Assembly: GCA_041649715.1 (NCBI GenBank)
Contig: JBAZMP010000003.1
Coordinates: 100,894 to 164,893, forward strand
Length of the DNA: 64,000 bases
Direction: 5' to 3'
Source of the DNA: Patescibacteria group bacterium
Lineage (GTDB): Bacteria; Patescibacteriota; Patescibacteriia; JAXHNJ01
The notes beneath the pieces are model-generated. The model was not told the origin of the DNA. It saw only the letters and a program-made list of their open reading frames with translations, and ran no database searches. This document shows positions 25,624-33,850 of this stretch, piece by piece. The position numbers were made by a program, and so were the translations under genes. The stretch's first letter is position 1, and every line of letters starts with the position of its first letter.

Positions 25624-27480
25624 GTGAAAGATGGTATAAAAAAGCAGCCGTTATCGCACGGAGAAGACGATTTTGAAAGCAGCGGTATTCCCGGTCTCGA
25701 CGACGCGGTCAAATCACTGGATAACATTCCCAAAATCCTGGGCCGCAGACGAGAAATGACGCGGAAAACGGAAGGTCATCTTCGCAAAGAAATGGCCGAA
25801 ACCGGCGAAACAGAGGAAAATCCTCTTCAGCCGGCCCTGGTTCGCGCCATGATCACCGCGGGCAAGCTCGCCCGTCATCTCGAGTCACAGCGGGAAAAAC
25901 CCGGCTATTACGGCGTGGTTTTTTCCCGACTGGCAGCAATGACCGATCCGGAAAAGTTCGATTACGGCAAGATTCAGCCGGGCACCAAGGTCAAAATCCT
26001 CACCAACGAAAACCAGCCGGAATTAATGGGGCAAGTGGGCTACACAGCCAACGAACCCGATTCGGACGGTCTTGTCATGGTGCTTTTCGATGAAGGCGAA
26101 TTCGGCCATTTCCTGGCTGTGCCGCCGGACGAAAAGCAACCGAGGGAGATCGAAATTGTCCCCGGCCAAGACCGAGTCATCGTCCTTTTCGAAGGACGCT
26201 TCATCGAGCTGGCTTCTCCGGAAGGAATGACCCTTTCCAGCGGCCAGGTGGTCAAGCTGGATCTGAAAACCAACCAGATCCTGGATATCGTCAGCCTAGA
26301 ACTGCCGGGCGAGATCGCCACGGTAAAATGTATCTTGGGCGGCCGCGTCCAAATCGACTTCCACGGTACCGATAAAATCGTGGCGGCCGGCGACCTGACC
26401 AAGACCTTAGAGCCCGGCAATCAGGTGATCTTAGACTCAACCAACCAGCTGATCACTGGCAACCTCGGCGACATGGATGTTTCCTACCGCTACAACCGCC
26501 CGCCGGCCATCACCTGGGATGATATCGGCGGACAGACCGCAGCCAAAGCCATACTCCAAGAGATGATTGAGGCGCGCTTCGATCATCCGGCCGCTTTTGA
26601 AAGGTTTCACAAGAAACCCCCCAAGGGCCTGCTTCTGCTCGGCCCCACCGGCTGCGGCAAGACGATGTTGGCCGAAGCCATGGCCTATTCGCTTTCGAAG
26701 CGCTTCGGTGAAACCGCCATGCGTTCCGGCTTTTTCCTGGTCAAGGGACCGGAGATTCTGCGCTCGCTCGTCGGCGAACAGGAAGCTATCATGCGCCACA
26801 TCTTCGTCCTGGCAGACAAGCACTTCGCCAAATTCGGCTTCCCCGCCATCATCTTCATCGATGAATGCGAAGGCATCTTGAAAAAGCGGGGCACGGGCAC
26901 CAGCGGCGACTACTTCGAAACGCTGGTGCAAACCTTCTTGGCCCTGATGAACGACACCAAGGCCATCGTCGTACTGGCGACAAATAGGCCGGATATGCTC
27001 GACCCGGCGGTGGTCCGCCACAAGCGCATCGACCGCAAGATTCCGGTTCGTCGTCCGGATCGGCCGGCCTCCGAGGAAATCTTCAGAATCTATCTGAAAG
27101 ATCTCCCTCTCTCCGAGGGCTTGACCGGCGAGACACTGGCCAAACTGGTGACAACCGAGCTTTTCTCGGACTGCTACGGCATGTACAAACTCATTGTCCA
27201 GACCGAAAACGGAACAGAAGAGAAAATCTTTGGCCTAGCGCAGGTCATCAACGGCGCCATGATCGCCGGGATAGTAGATGAGGCCACCTCGGCCGCCGTC
27301 AACCGGCAGATCAAAGACGGTAAGGAAACCAGTCTGACCGCAGATGACCTAAAAGAAGCCCTGAGCAGAGTCTATCAGGGCGAACTCCTGACCGATCACA
27401 CCGAAGACCAGAAAGAATTCGGGGAAAACCTGACCGGCAAGGTCCTGGAAGCCCACAAGCTCTTTGTGGGCCGCAAATAG
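25624..27480 (+). CDS. ARC/Mpa-family (proteasome-associated-ATPase-like) AAA+ unfoldase; no C-terminal GQYL-type proteasome-docking tail
   Basis: Predicted GTG start. N-terminal short helix, then a beta-rich inter-domain region, then an AAA module: ITWDDIGG, Walker A LLLGPTGCGKT, Walker B IIFIDECEG. ARC/Mpa-like stretches (FFLVKGPEILRSLVGEQE.., KKRGTGTSGDYFETLVQTFL, ATNRPDMLDPAVVRHKRIDRKIPVRRPD) are matched against the ARC/Mpa family from memory. The protein ends ..LFVGRK. Confidence 0.75.
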   Translation: MKDGIKKQPLSHGEDDFESSGIPGLDDAVKSLDNIPKILGRRREMTRKTEGHLRKEMAETGETEENPLQPALVRAMITAGKLARHLESQREKPGYYGVVFSRLAAMTDPEKFDYGKIQPGTKVKILTNENQPELMGQVGYTANEPDSDGLVMVLFDEGEFGHFLAVPPDEKQPREIEIVPGQDRVIVLFEGRFIELASPEGMTLSSGQVVKLDLKTNQILDIVSLELPGEIATVKCILGGRVQIDFHGTDKIVAAGDLTKTLEPGNQVILDSTNQLITGNLGDMDVSYRYNRPPAITWDDIGGQTAAKAILQEMIEARFDHPAAFERFHKKPPKGLLLLGPTGCGKTMLAEAMAYSLSKRFGETAMRSGFFLVKGPEILRSLVGEQEAIMRHIFVLADKHFAKFGFPAIIFIDECEGILKKRGTGTSGDYFETLVQTFLALMNDTKAIVVLATNRPDMLDPAVVRHKRIDRKIPVRRPDRPASEEIFRIYLKDLPLSEGLTGETLAKLVTTELFSDCYGMYKLIVQTENGTEEKIFGLAQVINGAMIAGIVDEATSAAVNRQIKDGKETSLTADDLKEALSRVYQGELLTDHTEDQKEFGENLTGKVLEAHKLFVGRK

Positions 27481-27503
27481 CCTTTGAACCTTATAACAAC
27501 ATT

Positions 27504-27537
27504 ACACTCCGGGAGAAATCTCGGAGTGTTTTTTTAT
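27504..27537 (+). terminator. Rho-independent terminator after the AAA+ ATPase gene (downstream boundary of the GC-rich island)
   Basis: acactccg-(10 nt)-cggagtgt followed by 'ttttttt'. Confidence 0.6.
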
Positions 27538-27550
27538 ATTGCAATATTTT

Positions 27551-28249
27551 TTAATATGTTGGCGCTATGGGTAAAACATAGTCATCTTCATGTATCAGAT
27601 GCATGTTTTCAGTAATATAGGAATAATCAGAATCTTCATATTTTACATCAATTAAAAATCGACATAAATAATATCCAAATAAAACCTCGTCATTGCCCAT
27701 TGACTCGCAGTTGGCAATCTTAACTCCTTTTCTATCGTAATAATTAATACCGCCATCAAGGCAACCGATATAGGGAAACATACTAAATGGAGCATCGCAT
27801 ATTTCCGCATATATCCGGCCGTATCTTTTAGTATTCCAGGAAACGATTGGCCAATTGTCATAGTGCTCTCTATTAATGATGTTATTAATAACTGTCATAT
27901 CTACCCTGTCATTTTCGGGATTCTTTAAGGGTTTTTGGGTGAAAAGAAAAGGCGTGCCATATAATATTAAAATCGAAATAATTATAAGTATAAGGGCTGA
28001 TAAAACATTCTTTCTATTAATTAGTGAGATAAGACAGGCAAAAATATATAATGCGATTGCATAGATGCTATAAAATAAAAATAATATGTCAACGGTAATG
28101 CTAGATTCAAGATATTGAAATAGCGAAACGTATATATTTACCTCAAAAAAATCAAAAAAGAATAAATACTCAATAACGGTGACAACGATTAATCCCAAAA
28201 GGATTAATATCTTCTTTTTGGTCGGTTTTAAGTGTTTTAAAAATCGCAT
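27551..28249 (-). CDS. Hypothetical membrane protein in a very AT-rich segment
   Basis: 232 aa. Three N-terminal TM helices and a Cys-containing extracytoplasmic domain. The segment is noticeably more A+T-rich than its neighbours. Confidence 0.45.
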   Translation of the reverse strand: MRFLKHLKPTKKKILILLGLIVVTVIEYLFFFDFFEVNIYVSLFQYLESSITVDILFLFYSIYAIALYIFACLISLINRKNVLSALILIIISILILYGTPFLFTQKPLKNPENDRVDMTVINNIINREHYDNWPIVSWNTKRYGRIYAEICDAPFSMFPYIGCLDGGINYYDRKGVKIANCESMGNDEVLFGYYLCRFLIDVKYEDSDYSYITENMHLIHEDDYVLPIAPTY

Positions 28250-28268
28250 ATTTTTTGTTATTTAAATT

Positions 28269-29399
28269 CTACCACTCCCATTCGCGTCCTTCCGGTATGA
28301 CCTCAACCCAGGTCTGACCGCGGTTGAACTCTATTTCCTGTCCGCTAGAATCATAAAAAATAGTGCGGTCGGTCCGCTCCGGTTTTTTCCAGGTGCCTTC
28401 GACCGCAAGGCCATCCCGCAAGACAAAAGCCTTACCCTCACCATGAGTACTTAAACCAAGCCTGCCCTTTTCGCCCAGATACTCCTCCGGCGGGACAATT
28501 TGAACGATAATATTCTTAGCCTTCAATTCCTGCTTATTATTGGCATCCACTTGCACTTGATCCGCGTTATATCTTAAATATAAATTTTCCTCTTTGATGT
28601 ATTTCCACTCCACTTCGTAGGTATAAGAGGAAAATTTAACTTTATAAAACTTTTGGTCTTCGCCCCTATCAGCCAGAACCGCATCGTCTTTAAAAAGCCA
28701 CATCCTCGTGGTTGATTGCTTTTCTAAAAGTCCCTTGTCGCGCAAGGCATAAACGAGCTTCTCCCCGGAAGTGAAAAGATTGTGCGGGGCAAAGAGGGTG
28801 TGGTCCCGCCAAAAATAGACCGCGTCCCTGGATAGGGCATTTAAATCATTGGTGTCATAATCGCGGATATTGCCTAAGGCGGCCGGCGAACCGCCGGCGT
28901 GAGCGTACAAAGCGGCGTATTCATAAGCCCAGTCCAAATAATAGGGGCGGGCCGATCTTACCGGACCAATAACGGGGGCGGTTGAACCGCCGGTAAATAA
29001 AACCAGGAAACGAGTCGCGCCGCCTTCCGCTAAAGTTTCGTAAATAATCGATGCCTGGCTAAGGCCGGCTTGCGGCCGCACGGACAGCAGATTCTCAATC
29101 ATCACTCCGACCGGCCATAGATTGGCGGCCGCCGCGTCCTTTACTTTCTGGCCGTCAAACCGACGGTAATATTCCTCCGGCTTAAGGACAACAGTCATCG
29201 GAGGGGTATCGTTTTTAACCTTGTCATGCGCCAAAACCGGCAAGATATCGAAACCATTTAAAAATATTGAAAGGCTGAAGAACACCCCGGCAAAAACAAA
29301 CAAACCGACCACTATGAAAAGACGAGCCTTCAAATCAAAAAGAGGGCTGACTTTTTTCTTTGTTAAAATCTTATTGTTCTTTTTGTTTTTGTTTTTCAT
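28269..29399 (-). CDS. DUF3048 domain protein (YerB-like), membrane-anchored
   Basis: N-terminal TM, then ..ENLLSVRPQAGLSQASIIYETLAEGGATRFLVLF.. typical of DUF3048. Paralogous to the next gene. Confidence 0.65.
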   Translation of the reverse strand: MKNKNKKNNKILTKKKVSPLFDLKARLFIVVGLFVFAGVFFSLSIFLNGFDILPVLAHDKVKNDTPPMTVVLKPEEYYRRFDGQKVKDAAAANLWPVGVMIENLLSVRPQAGLSQASIIYETLAEGGATRFLVLFTGGSTAPVIGPVRSARPYYLDWAYEYAALYAHAGGSPAALGNIRDYDTNDLNALSRDAVYFWRDHTLFAPHNLFTSGEKLVYALRDKGLLEKQSTTRMWLFKDDAVLADRGEDQKFYKVKFSSYTYEVEWKYIKEENLYLRYNADQVQVDANNKQELKAKNIIVQIVPPEEYLGEKGRLGLSTHGEGKAFVLRDGLAVEGTWKKPERTDRTIFYDSSGQEIEFNRGQTWVEVIPEGREWEW

Positions 29400-29416
29400 T
29401 TTTTTGTAACGTGAAA

Positions 29417-30499
29417 CTAGTTATAAGTAACGGTCCGGTCATCCGGCACCACTTGAATCCAAGTCTGTCCCGCGTTGAATTCTATCTCTTTGCCCGTCTC
29501 GTCGTAGAACAGGGTCCTTTGGTTCCGACCTTCCTTTTTCCAGGTGGCGGCTGTCGCCTTCCCGTCCTGAAAAATGACCGCCTGCCCTTCGCCGATCGTT
29601 ACCATAGAAAGCCGGCCTTCCTCGATGACCGAGGTCTTGACATACTGAACCACGACATTTTTGGCGGCCATCTGTTCGTTTTTTTGATTGACGAACGGCT
29701 CGCCGCCCTGCGCCCTCAAATAGACGTTTTTCTCCCGGTCATATGTATATTCCACCTTATAGGAGAAACTGGAATAATCGATAGCGATGTTCCTTTGTTC
29801 GGTCGGCCGACTGCCCAGGGCCGCCTCTTCCTTAAATTGGTAGCCCTCATAGTTACCTTCCGCGGGCGCTTTTTTATCCCGTAGAGCAAAGATCAAAAGA
29901 TCGCTGGAAGTGAAAACATTGTGGGGCGCCGCAATTTTTTTGTCTCGCCAGAAATAACGGCTGTCATAGAACTGGTCTAGATTAAACACGTCGTAAGTTG
30001 AAATCAAAGACATAGCCAGGGGGCTGCCGCCGACATGACCATAAAGAGCGTTATATTCCTTCACCCAGTCTAAAAAGTACGGCCGGGCCGAGCGGACGGG
30101 ACCGATTTTGGCTATCGATGAAGTTAAATTATAAACGGCCATAAAACGGGTAATCCCCCCTTCGGCTAAAGCCTCGTAGACCAGATTCGCGTTCTCCAAA
30201 CCCGCTTGGGGCCTGACCGTCACCAAATTTTCAATCATTACGGCCACGGGGTATAATTGGCGGTTTTCCCTCACATCATAAACTCCGTCAATCACCCGCC
30301 TGACCTGGTCTTCTTTATTGTTGACAATTGAGCCGTTAGAATTGTCTTTTCCCTGGCGGCCGAAAATAAAATACCCGAGCAGACTGACGGCTACGAGCAA
30401 AGCACCGGTAATACTAATAAGCAGCCATTTCTTGCTTTTTTTGACCGTCGCCAGATATTTTTCTTTTTCTCCTTCAATTTTTATCTTTGTCTCACCCAT
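29417..30499 (-). CDS. DUF3048 domain protein (paralogue), membrane-anchored
   Basis: ..ENLVTVRPQAGLENANLVYEALAEGGITRFMAVY... Start set at MGETKIK. The K/R-rich upstream extension in the ORF track is the rplY 3' end read in another frame. Confidence 0.6.
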   Translation of the reverse strand: MGETKIKIEGEKEKYLATVKKSKKWLLISITGALLVAVSLLGYFIFGRQGKDNSNGSIVNNKEDQVRRVIDGVYDVRENRQLYPVAVMIENLVTVRPQAGLENANLVYEALAEGGITRFMAVYNLTSSIAKIGPVRSARPYFLDWVKEYNALYGHVGGSPLAMSLISTYDVFNLDQFYDSRYFWRDKKIAAPHNVFTSSDLLIFALRDKKAPAEGNYEGYQFKEEAALGSRPTEQRNIAIDYSSFSYKVEYTYDREKNVYLRAQGGEPFVNQKNEQMAAKNVVVQYVKTSVIEEGRLSMVTIGEGQAVIFQDGKATAATWKKEGRNQRTLFYDETGKEIEFNAGQTWIQVVPDDRTVTYN

Positions 30500-31199
30500 T
30501 TTTTTCTTCCTTAGTTTTTGGCGCCGCCGGCTCATTCTTTTTTTCCTCGCCTTCTTCCTCTTCCTTCTTCTCTTTTTCGACCTTCTCCACTTCTTCAACT
30601 TTTTCTTCCGGTTTTTCCTCCAGGGCTTTTAATTCTTCTTCGCTTCTGGGTGGTATGACTTTGGCCACCGCTTCCCCGCTCTGGTCCAAAACTTCGATAT
30701 TGGCCGGGATTTTTAAATCGCGGACGTAGATAATATCTTCAAAAGTCTTAAGACGGCTCAAATCCACTTCTATCTCATGAACCAGGTCGGCCGGCAAACA
30801 AGTGATCTTAAGACGGTCTAAACTTTTGACCAAAACGCCGGACAAACCCTTAACGGCTGGCGATTCGCCGACAAAATTCAAAGCGACTTCCGTGGTAATC
30901 TTTTCGGTCATTTTTACCTGGTGAAAATCCGCATGTATCATCTGGTCACTCTTGGAGTCAAATTGGATCGCCTGGATCAGCACCTTTATCGGCTTTTTTT
31001 CGGCGATAATCAGATCTACTAGGCTTGATTCTCCGGCTTTGGCAAAAACTTTTTTTAGATCAAAATAGTTGACGGCTAAAGAAAGCGGCTTAGTATCATG
31101 GCCGTAAACCACGGCCGGCACCATATTTTCTTTTCGCAATTTATTATTTTGTTTGCCCTTTGCTTCGCGGATTTTCGCTTTTAGCGTTATAGTTTCCAT
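30492..31199 (-). CDS. rplY: 50S ribosomal protein L25 (general stress protein Ctc form, acidic/lysine-rich C-terminal tail)
   Basis: METITLKAKIREAKGKQNNKLRKENMVPAVVYGH.. matches the L25/Ctc N-domain. Low-complexity EK-rich tail. Confidence 0.8.
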   Translation of the reverse strand: METITLKAKIREAKGKQNNKLRKENMVPAVVYGHDTKPLSLAVNYFDLKKVFAKAGESSLVDLIIAEKKPIKVLIQAIQFDSKSDQMIHADFHQVKMTEKITTEVALNFVGESPAVKGLSGVLVKSLDRLKITCLPADLVHEIEVDLSRLKTFEDIIYVRDLKIPANIEVLDQSGEAVAKVIPPRSEEELKALEEKPEEKVEEVEKVEKEKKEEEEGEEKKNEPAAPKTKEEKNG

Positions 31200-31205
31200 A
31201 ATCTA

Positions 31206-31568
31206 TTAACAATTTGATAATAATAGTCCGTCAGATTTTAAATAATAATGAAGATCGATTATTTCGTTTATTTGCACGGGGGTTAAACCTTGAAATTTTT
31301 TTACTTCATCGGACTTAAGGTCGGTGACCAGGCCCCGCGAACTGACCGTTGACAAATCGGTCGTCACCAGGGCTAAAACTTGGACTCCGCAGGTCTGGCA
31401 TTCCAAATGAAATAAGTGAGCTGAGCCGGTTTCTTCAATAATCCGCATAAAGAGAGGATTATACGGCGACTGACACGCCGGGCATTGCTGCAGATTCTTA
31501 ATATTATGCTTCAGAAAATGAGAATTTTGACCATGACTCATAAAAAAAGATATGTCTCTTTTTATCAT
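31206..31568 (-). CDS. Hypothetical protein with putative zinc-ribbon (CPAC..CQTC)
   Basis: 120-aa ORF with paired CxxC motifs. Confidence 0.4.
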   Translation of the reverse strand: MIKRDISFFMSHGQNSHFLKHNIKNLQQCPACQSPYNPLFMRIIEETGSAHLFHLECQTCGVQVLALVTTDLSTVSSRGLVTDLKSDEVKKFQGLTPVQINEIIDLHYYLKSDGLLLSNC

Positions 31569-31627
31569 TATATCTTAAGGTATCTATATTATAACACAAA
31601 TAAATAATTTATTCAAGAAAGAACCCG

Positions 31628-32731
31628 CTATATTTTTTGCCGGGCGATTACGCTTTGGGCCAATCCGAGCATTAAAAGCGAACTGATTAGAGAACTACCG
31701 CCATAGCTGACCAAGGGAAGTGGGATGCCCGTCACCGGCAATATTCCCAAATTCATGGCGATATTTATGAACATTTGGCCGAAAAGGGAAAGGATAACGC
31801 CACAGAGAAGAAAAAGCGCGAAATTGCTGCTGGCTAGGCGCAAAGCCCGGAAAAGACGGAGAAAAACGAAAAAATACAAAACCAAAAGGAGGAAGGAACC
31901 GACAAATCCTAATTCTTCGGCTATCACCGCAAAGATAAAATCTTTTTCCGCCACGGGCAAAAAGTTCAATTGACTCTGGGTGCCTAAGCCCAATCCCCGG
32001 CCGAAAACTCCGCCCGAACCGACGGCAATAATGGACTGCAAGGGATTATAACCGCTGCCCAAAGGGTCACGGTTAGGATTGATAAAATTGAGAATCCTGT
32101 CTTTTTGATAATCCTGCAATATAAATAACCAGCTGCCCACCGCCACGATGATGAGTAAAATGATCAACAGAAGAATATGCCAGCGGCGTGTTTTATTAAT
32201 GAGCAAAAAACCCAGCCAGATAAACAGCACGATAATCAAAGAACCAAAATCGGGCTGTAAAAGGACTAAAACCAAATAAGGAATCACGATAAGAGAACTG
32301 ATGAAAATTTGTTTTAACCGATAGATTTCGGCCTGATGGTCCGAAAAGTACTTGCTTAAAAAAATGATCAAAGTAATCTTCGCGACCTCCACCGGCTGAA
32401 AAGTCTGGCCAAAAAAAGTAAACCAGGCGGTTGAACCCCTGATCGGCTGACTGAAGATAAGGACCAATAGAAGCAAAGCGCCGCCGAACAGATAAAAAAT
32501 AAAGCTGTAAGCGCCAAAAAAACGGTAATCAATGATGATCATCCCAAAAAATAAAATGAGCCCGACGCCAAAAAAAATCGCCTGGCGGGTGAAGTTGTTT
32601 ATTTGAAGATTGTCTTTACTGATGTTTAAGGTATAGATCGCCGCCAACCCGAAAAAAACCAACAGCAAGACGCCAGATAAAAGCAGCCAATCGATTTTTT
32701 TTATGGTGACTAAGTAATTTCTAGTCTGCAT
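31628..32731 (-). CDS. SEDS-family cell-cycle protein (FtsW/RodA)
   Basis: Ten TM helices. The C-terminal region (..GVTGIPLPLVSYGGSSLISSLLMLGL) is typical of FtsW/RodA/SpoVE. Confidence 0.8.
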   Translation of the reverse strand: MQTRNYLVTIKKIDWLLLSGVLLLVFFGLAAIYTLNISKDNLQINNFTRQAIFFGVGLILFFGMIIIDYRFFGAYSFIFYLFGGALLLLVLIFSQPIRGSTAWFTFFGQTFQPVEVAKITLIIFLSKYFSDHQAEIYRLKQIFISSLIVIPYLVLVLLQPDFGSLIIVLFIWLGFLLINKTRRWHILLLIILLIIVAVGSWLFILQDYQKDRILNFINPNRDPLGSGYNPLQSIIAVGSGGVFGRGLGLGTQSQLNFLPVAEKDFIFAVIAEELGFVGSFLLLVLYFFVFLRLFRALRLASSNFALFLLCGVILSLFGQMFINIAMNLGILPVTGIPLPLVSYGGSSLISSLLMLGLAQSVIARQKI

Positions 32732-32733
32732 TT

Positions 32734-33588
32734 TTATAAAGACATAAAATTACCGGTCTCAAAAAGATTGGCTTCCGGCCGGATAACAAGACTGGCGCTT
32801 AAGGGGATATTTTTTTGCCAGGAAGCGGAAACTTCTTTGGTTTCCAAGGATTTAAATTGTCTTAATATATACTTGCTCGCAGCCAAAGGAATCCCGTTAA
32901 CTTCCACCACGATCGGCACCTCCACTGTCCAAAAATCGTAAAATGAATCGTTAATTACCTTCGCTTCCGCGGTCGCCGATGCTTGCCCGCCTGTCACTTG
33001 GCTCAAACTTATCTTGGCCTCTTGGACGCTAAATTGCACATCGTTAAAAAGGGTGATGTCACTTACTTTTTGCCAGGCCGTCCGAGCCACCTTAAATTCC
33101 ACGGCTTTCGGTTCAGTGTTCGCCTGGTAAAGTTGATTAAGGAGGATAAAATACTTCTCTTGGCCCGGCAGAATAAATCCGGTGCTAGAAACCGTTTCCT
33201 GGCCATCGATCAAAAAGGTATAGTCCAGGGTTCTCATTCCCCACTTCGCGTTTGGATTCTTTATTTTGGCCACCAAATCATAATGATTAGAGCCAGTGGG
33301 CAAGGCCTTGGTCAGCGAAACCTCAAGATCCTTAGGTTTATTTTGGGTCAAAAAGACGGGATTGATAAATTCCCGGCTCATTTGGCTAACCATCTGATTT
33401 TCGCGGGGAGAGGCCAGGGCAAAAACGATAAAACTAAACGCGATATATATTATCATGATCAAATCAAGGCTGAGCATTACGATCACCCACCATTTTTTGA
33501 AAAAATATTTATGCCCGACGAGCCAAGCCGCGATTTTTAAGTATAAATCGTTCAAATTGTAATTGGTATCGGCCATTTTTTTACTCAT
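32734..33588 (-). CDS. Hypothetical membrane-anchored protein
   Basis: 284 aa. One or two N-terminal TM helices and an extracytoplasmic beta-rich domain. Overlaps the upstream gene by a few bp, suggesting an operon. Confidence 0.45.
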   Translation of the reverse strand: MSKKMADTNYNLNDLYLKIAAWLVGHKYFFKKWWVIVMLSLDLIMIIYIAFSFIVFALASPRENQMVSQMSREFINPVFLTQNKPKDLEVSLTKALPTGSNHYDLVAKIKNPNAKWGMRTLDYTFLIDGQETVSSTGFILPGQEKYFILLNQLYQANTEPKAVEFKVARTAWQKVSDITLFNDVQFSVQEAKISLSQVTGGQASATAEAKVINDSFYDFWTVEVPIVVEVNGIPLAASKYILRQFKSLETKEVSASWQKNIPLSASLVIRPEANLFETGNFMSL

Positions 33589-33647
33589 TAATACCGTCTT
33601 ATTTTATCATAAAGAGTCATATATTTCAAGGTCAGCCGACTCACCCA

Positions 33648-33676
33648 TTGACAAAAACCTAATCTTATGCTAATAT
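33648..33676 (+). promoter_or_regulatory. Sigma-70-like promoter TTGACA-17-TGcTAATAT
   Basis: 'attgacaaaaacctaatcttatgctaatatgg'. Confidence 0.5.
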
Positions 33677-33682
33677 GGTTAG

Positions 33683-33850
33683 TTCTTTAAAATACTGGTT
33701 TTCAAAATTGCCATAGCCAAAAGTGACCGAAGGTCATCCTGAGAGAGACGAAGGAGCCTATCTCGGTTTTTTCTGGCTATGGCTACAGATAGATGGGTAG
33801 TCCTCTAGCAAACTCACTTCGGCACATGTGCCGAAAAAGGGAGGGAAGAC
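33683..33850 (+). promoter_or_regulatory. Long structured 5' leader (candidate cis-regulatory RNA) upstream of 33851..34420
   Basis: 9-bp outer stem gccatagcc/ggctatggc encloses an inner stem ctgagaga/tatctcgg whose loop exposes ACGAAGGAGCC. Then a perfect 18-nt palindrome ttcggcacatgtgccgaa directly before the RBS. Confidence 0.35.

Noticed and set aside
20437-27021. Numerous long antisense or alternative-frame ORFs inside the GC-rich island (e.g. 20437..20922 +, 20515..20895 -, 20682..21227 -, 21295..21747 -, 26040..26420 -, 26437..27021 -)
   Set aside because: High G+C suppresses stop codons in all frames. These ORFs overlap well-supported genes (ABC transporter, AAA+ ATPase), are Arg/Pro/Gly-rich in the way typical of antisense GC-rich reading, and lack start contexts.
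30500-30598. Highly basic KRKRKK N-terminal extension of the second DUF3048 ORF
   Set aside because: This segment is the lysine/glutamate-rich 3' end of rplY read in another frame. A Met with downstream TM helix (MGETKIK...) is a more plausible start.
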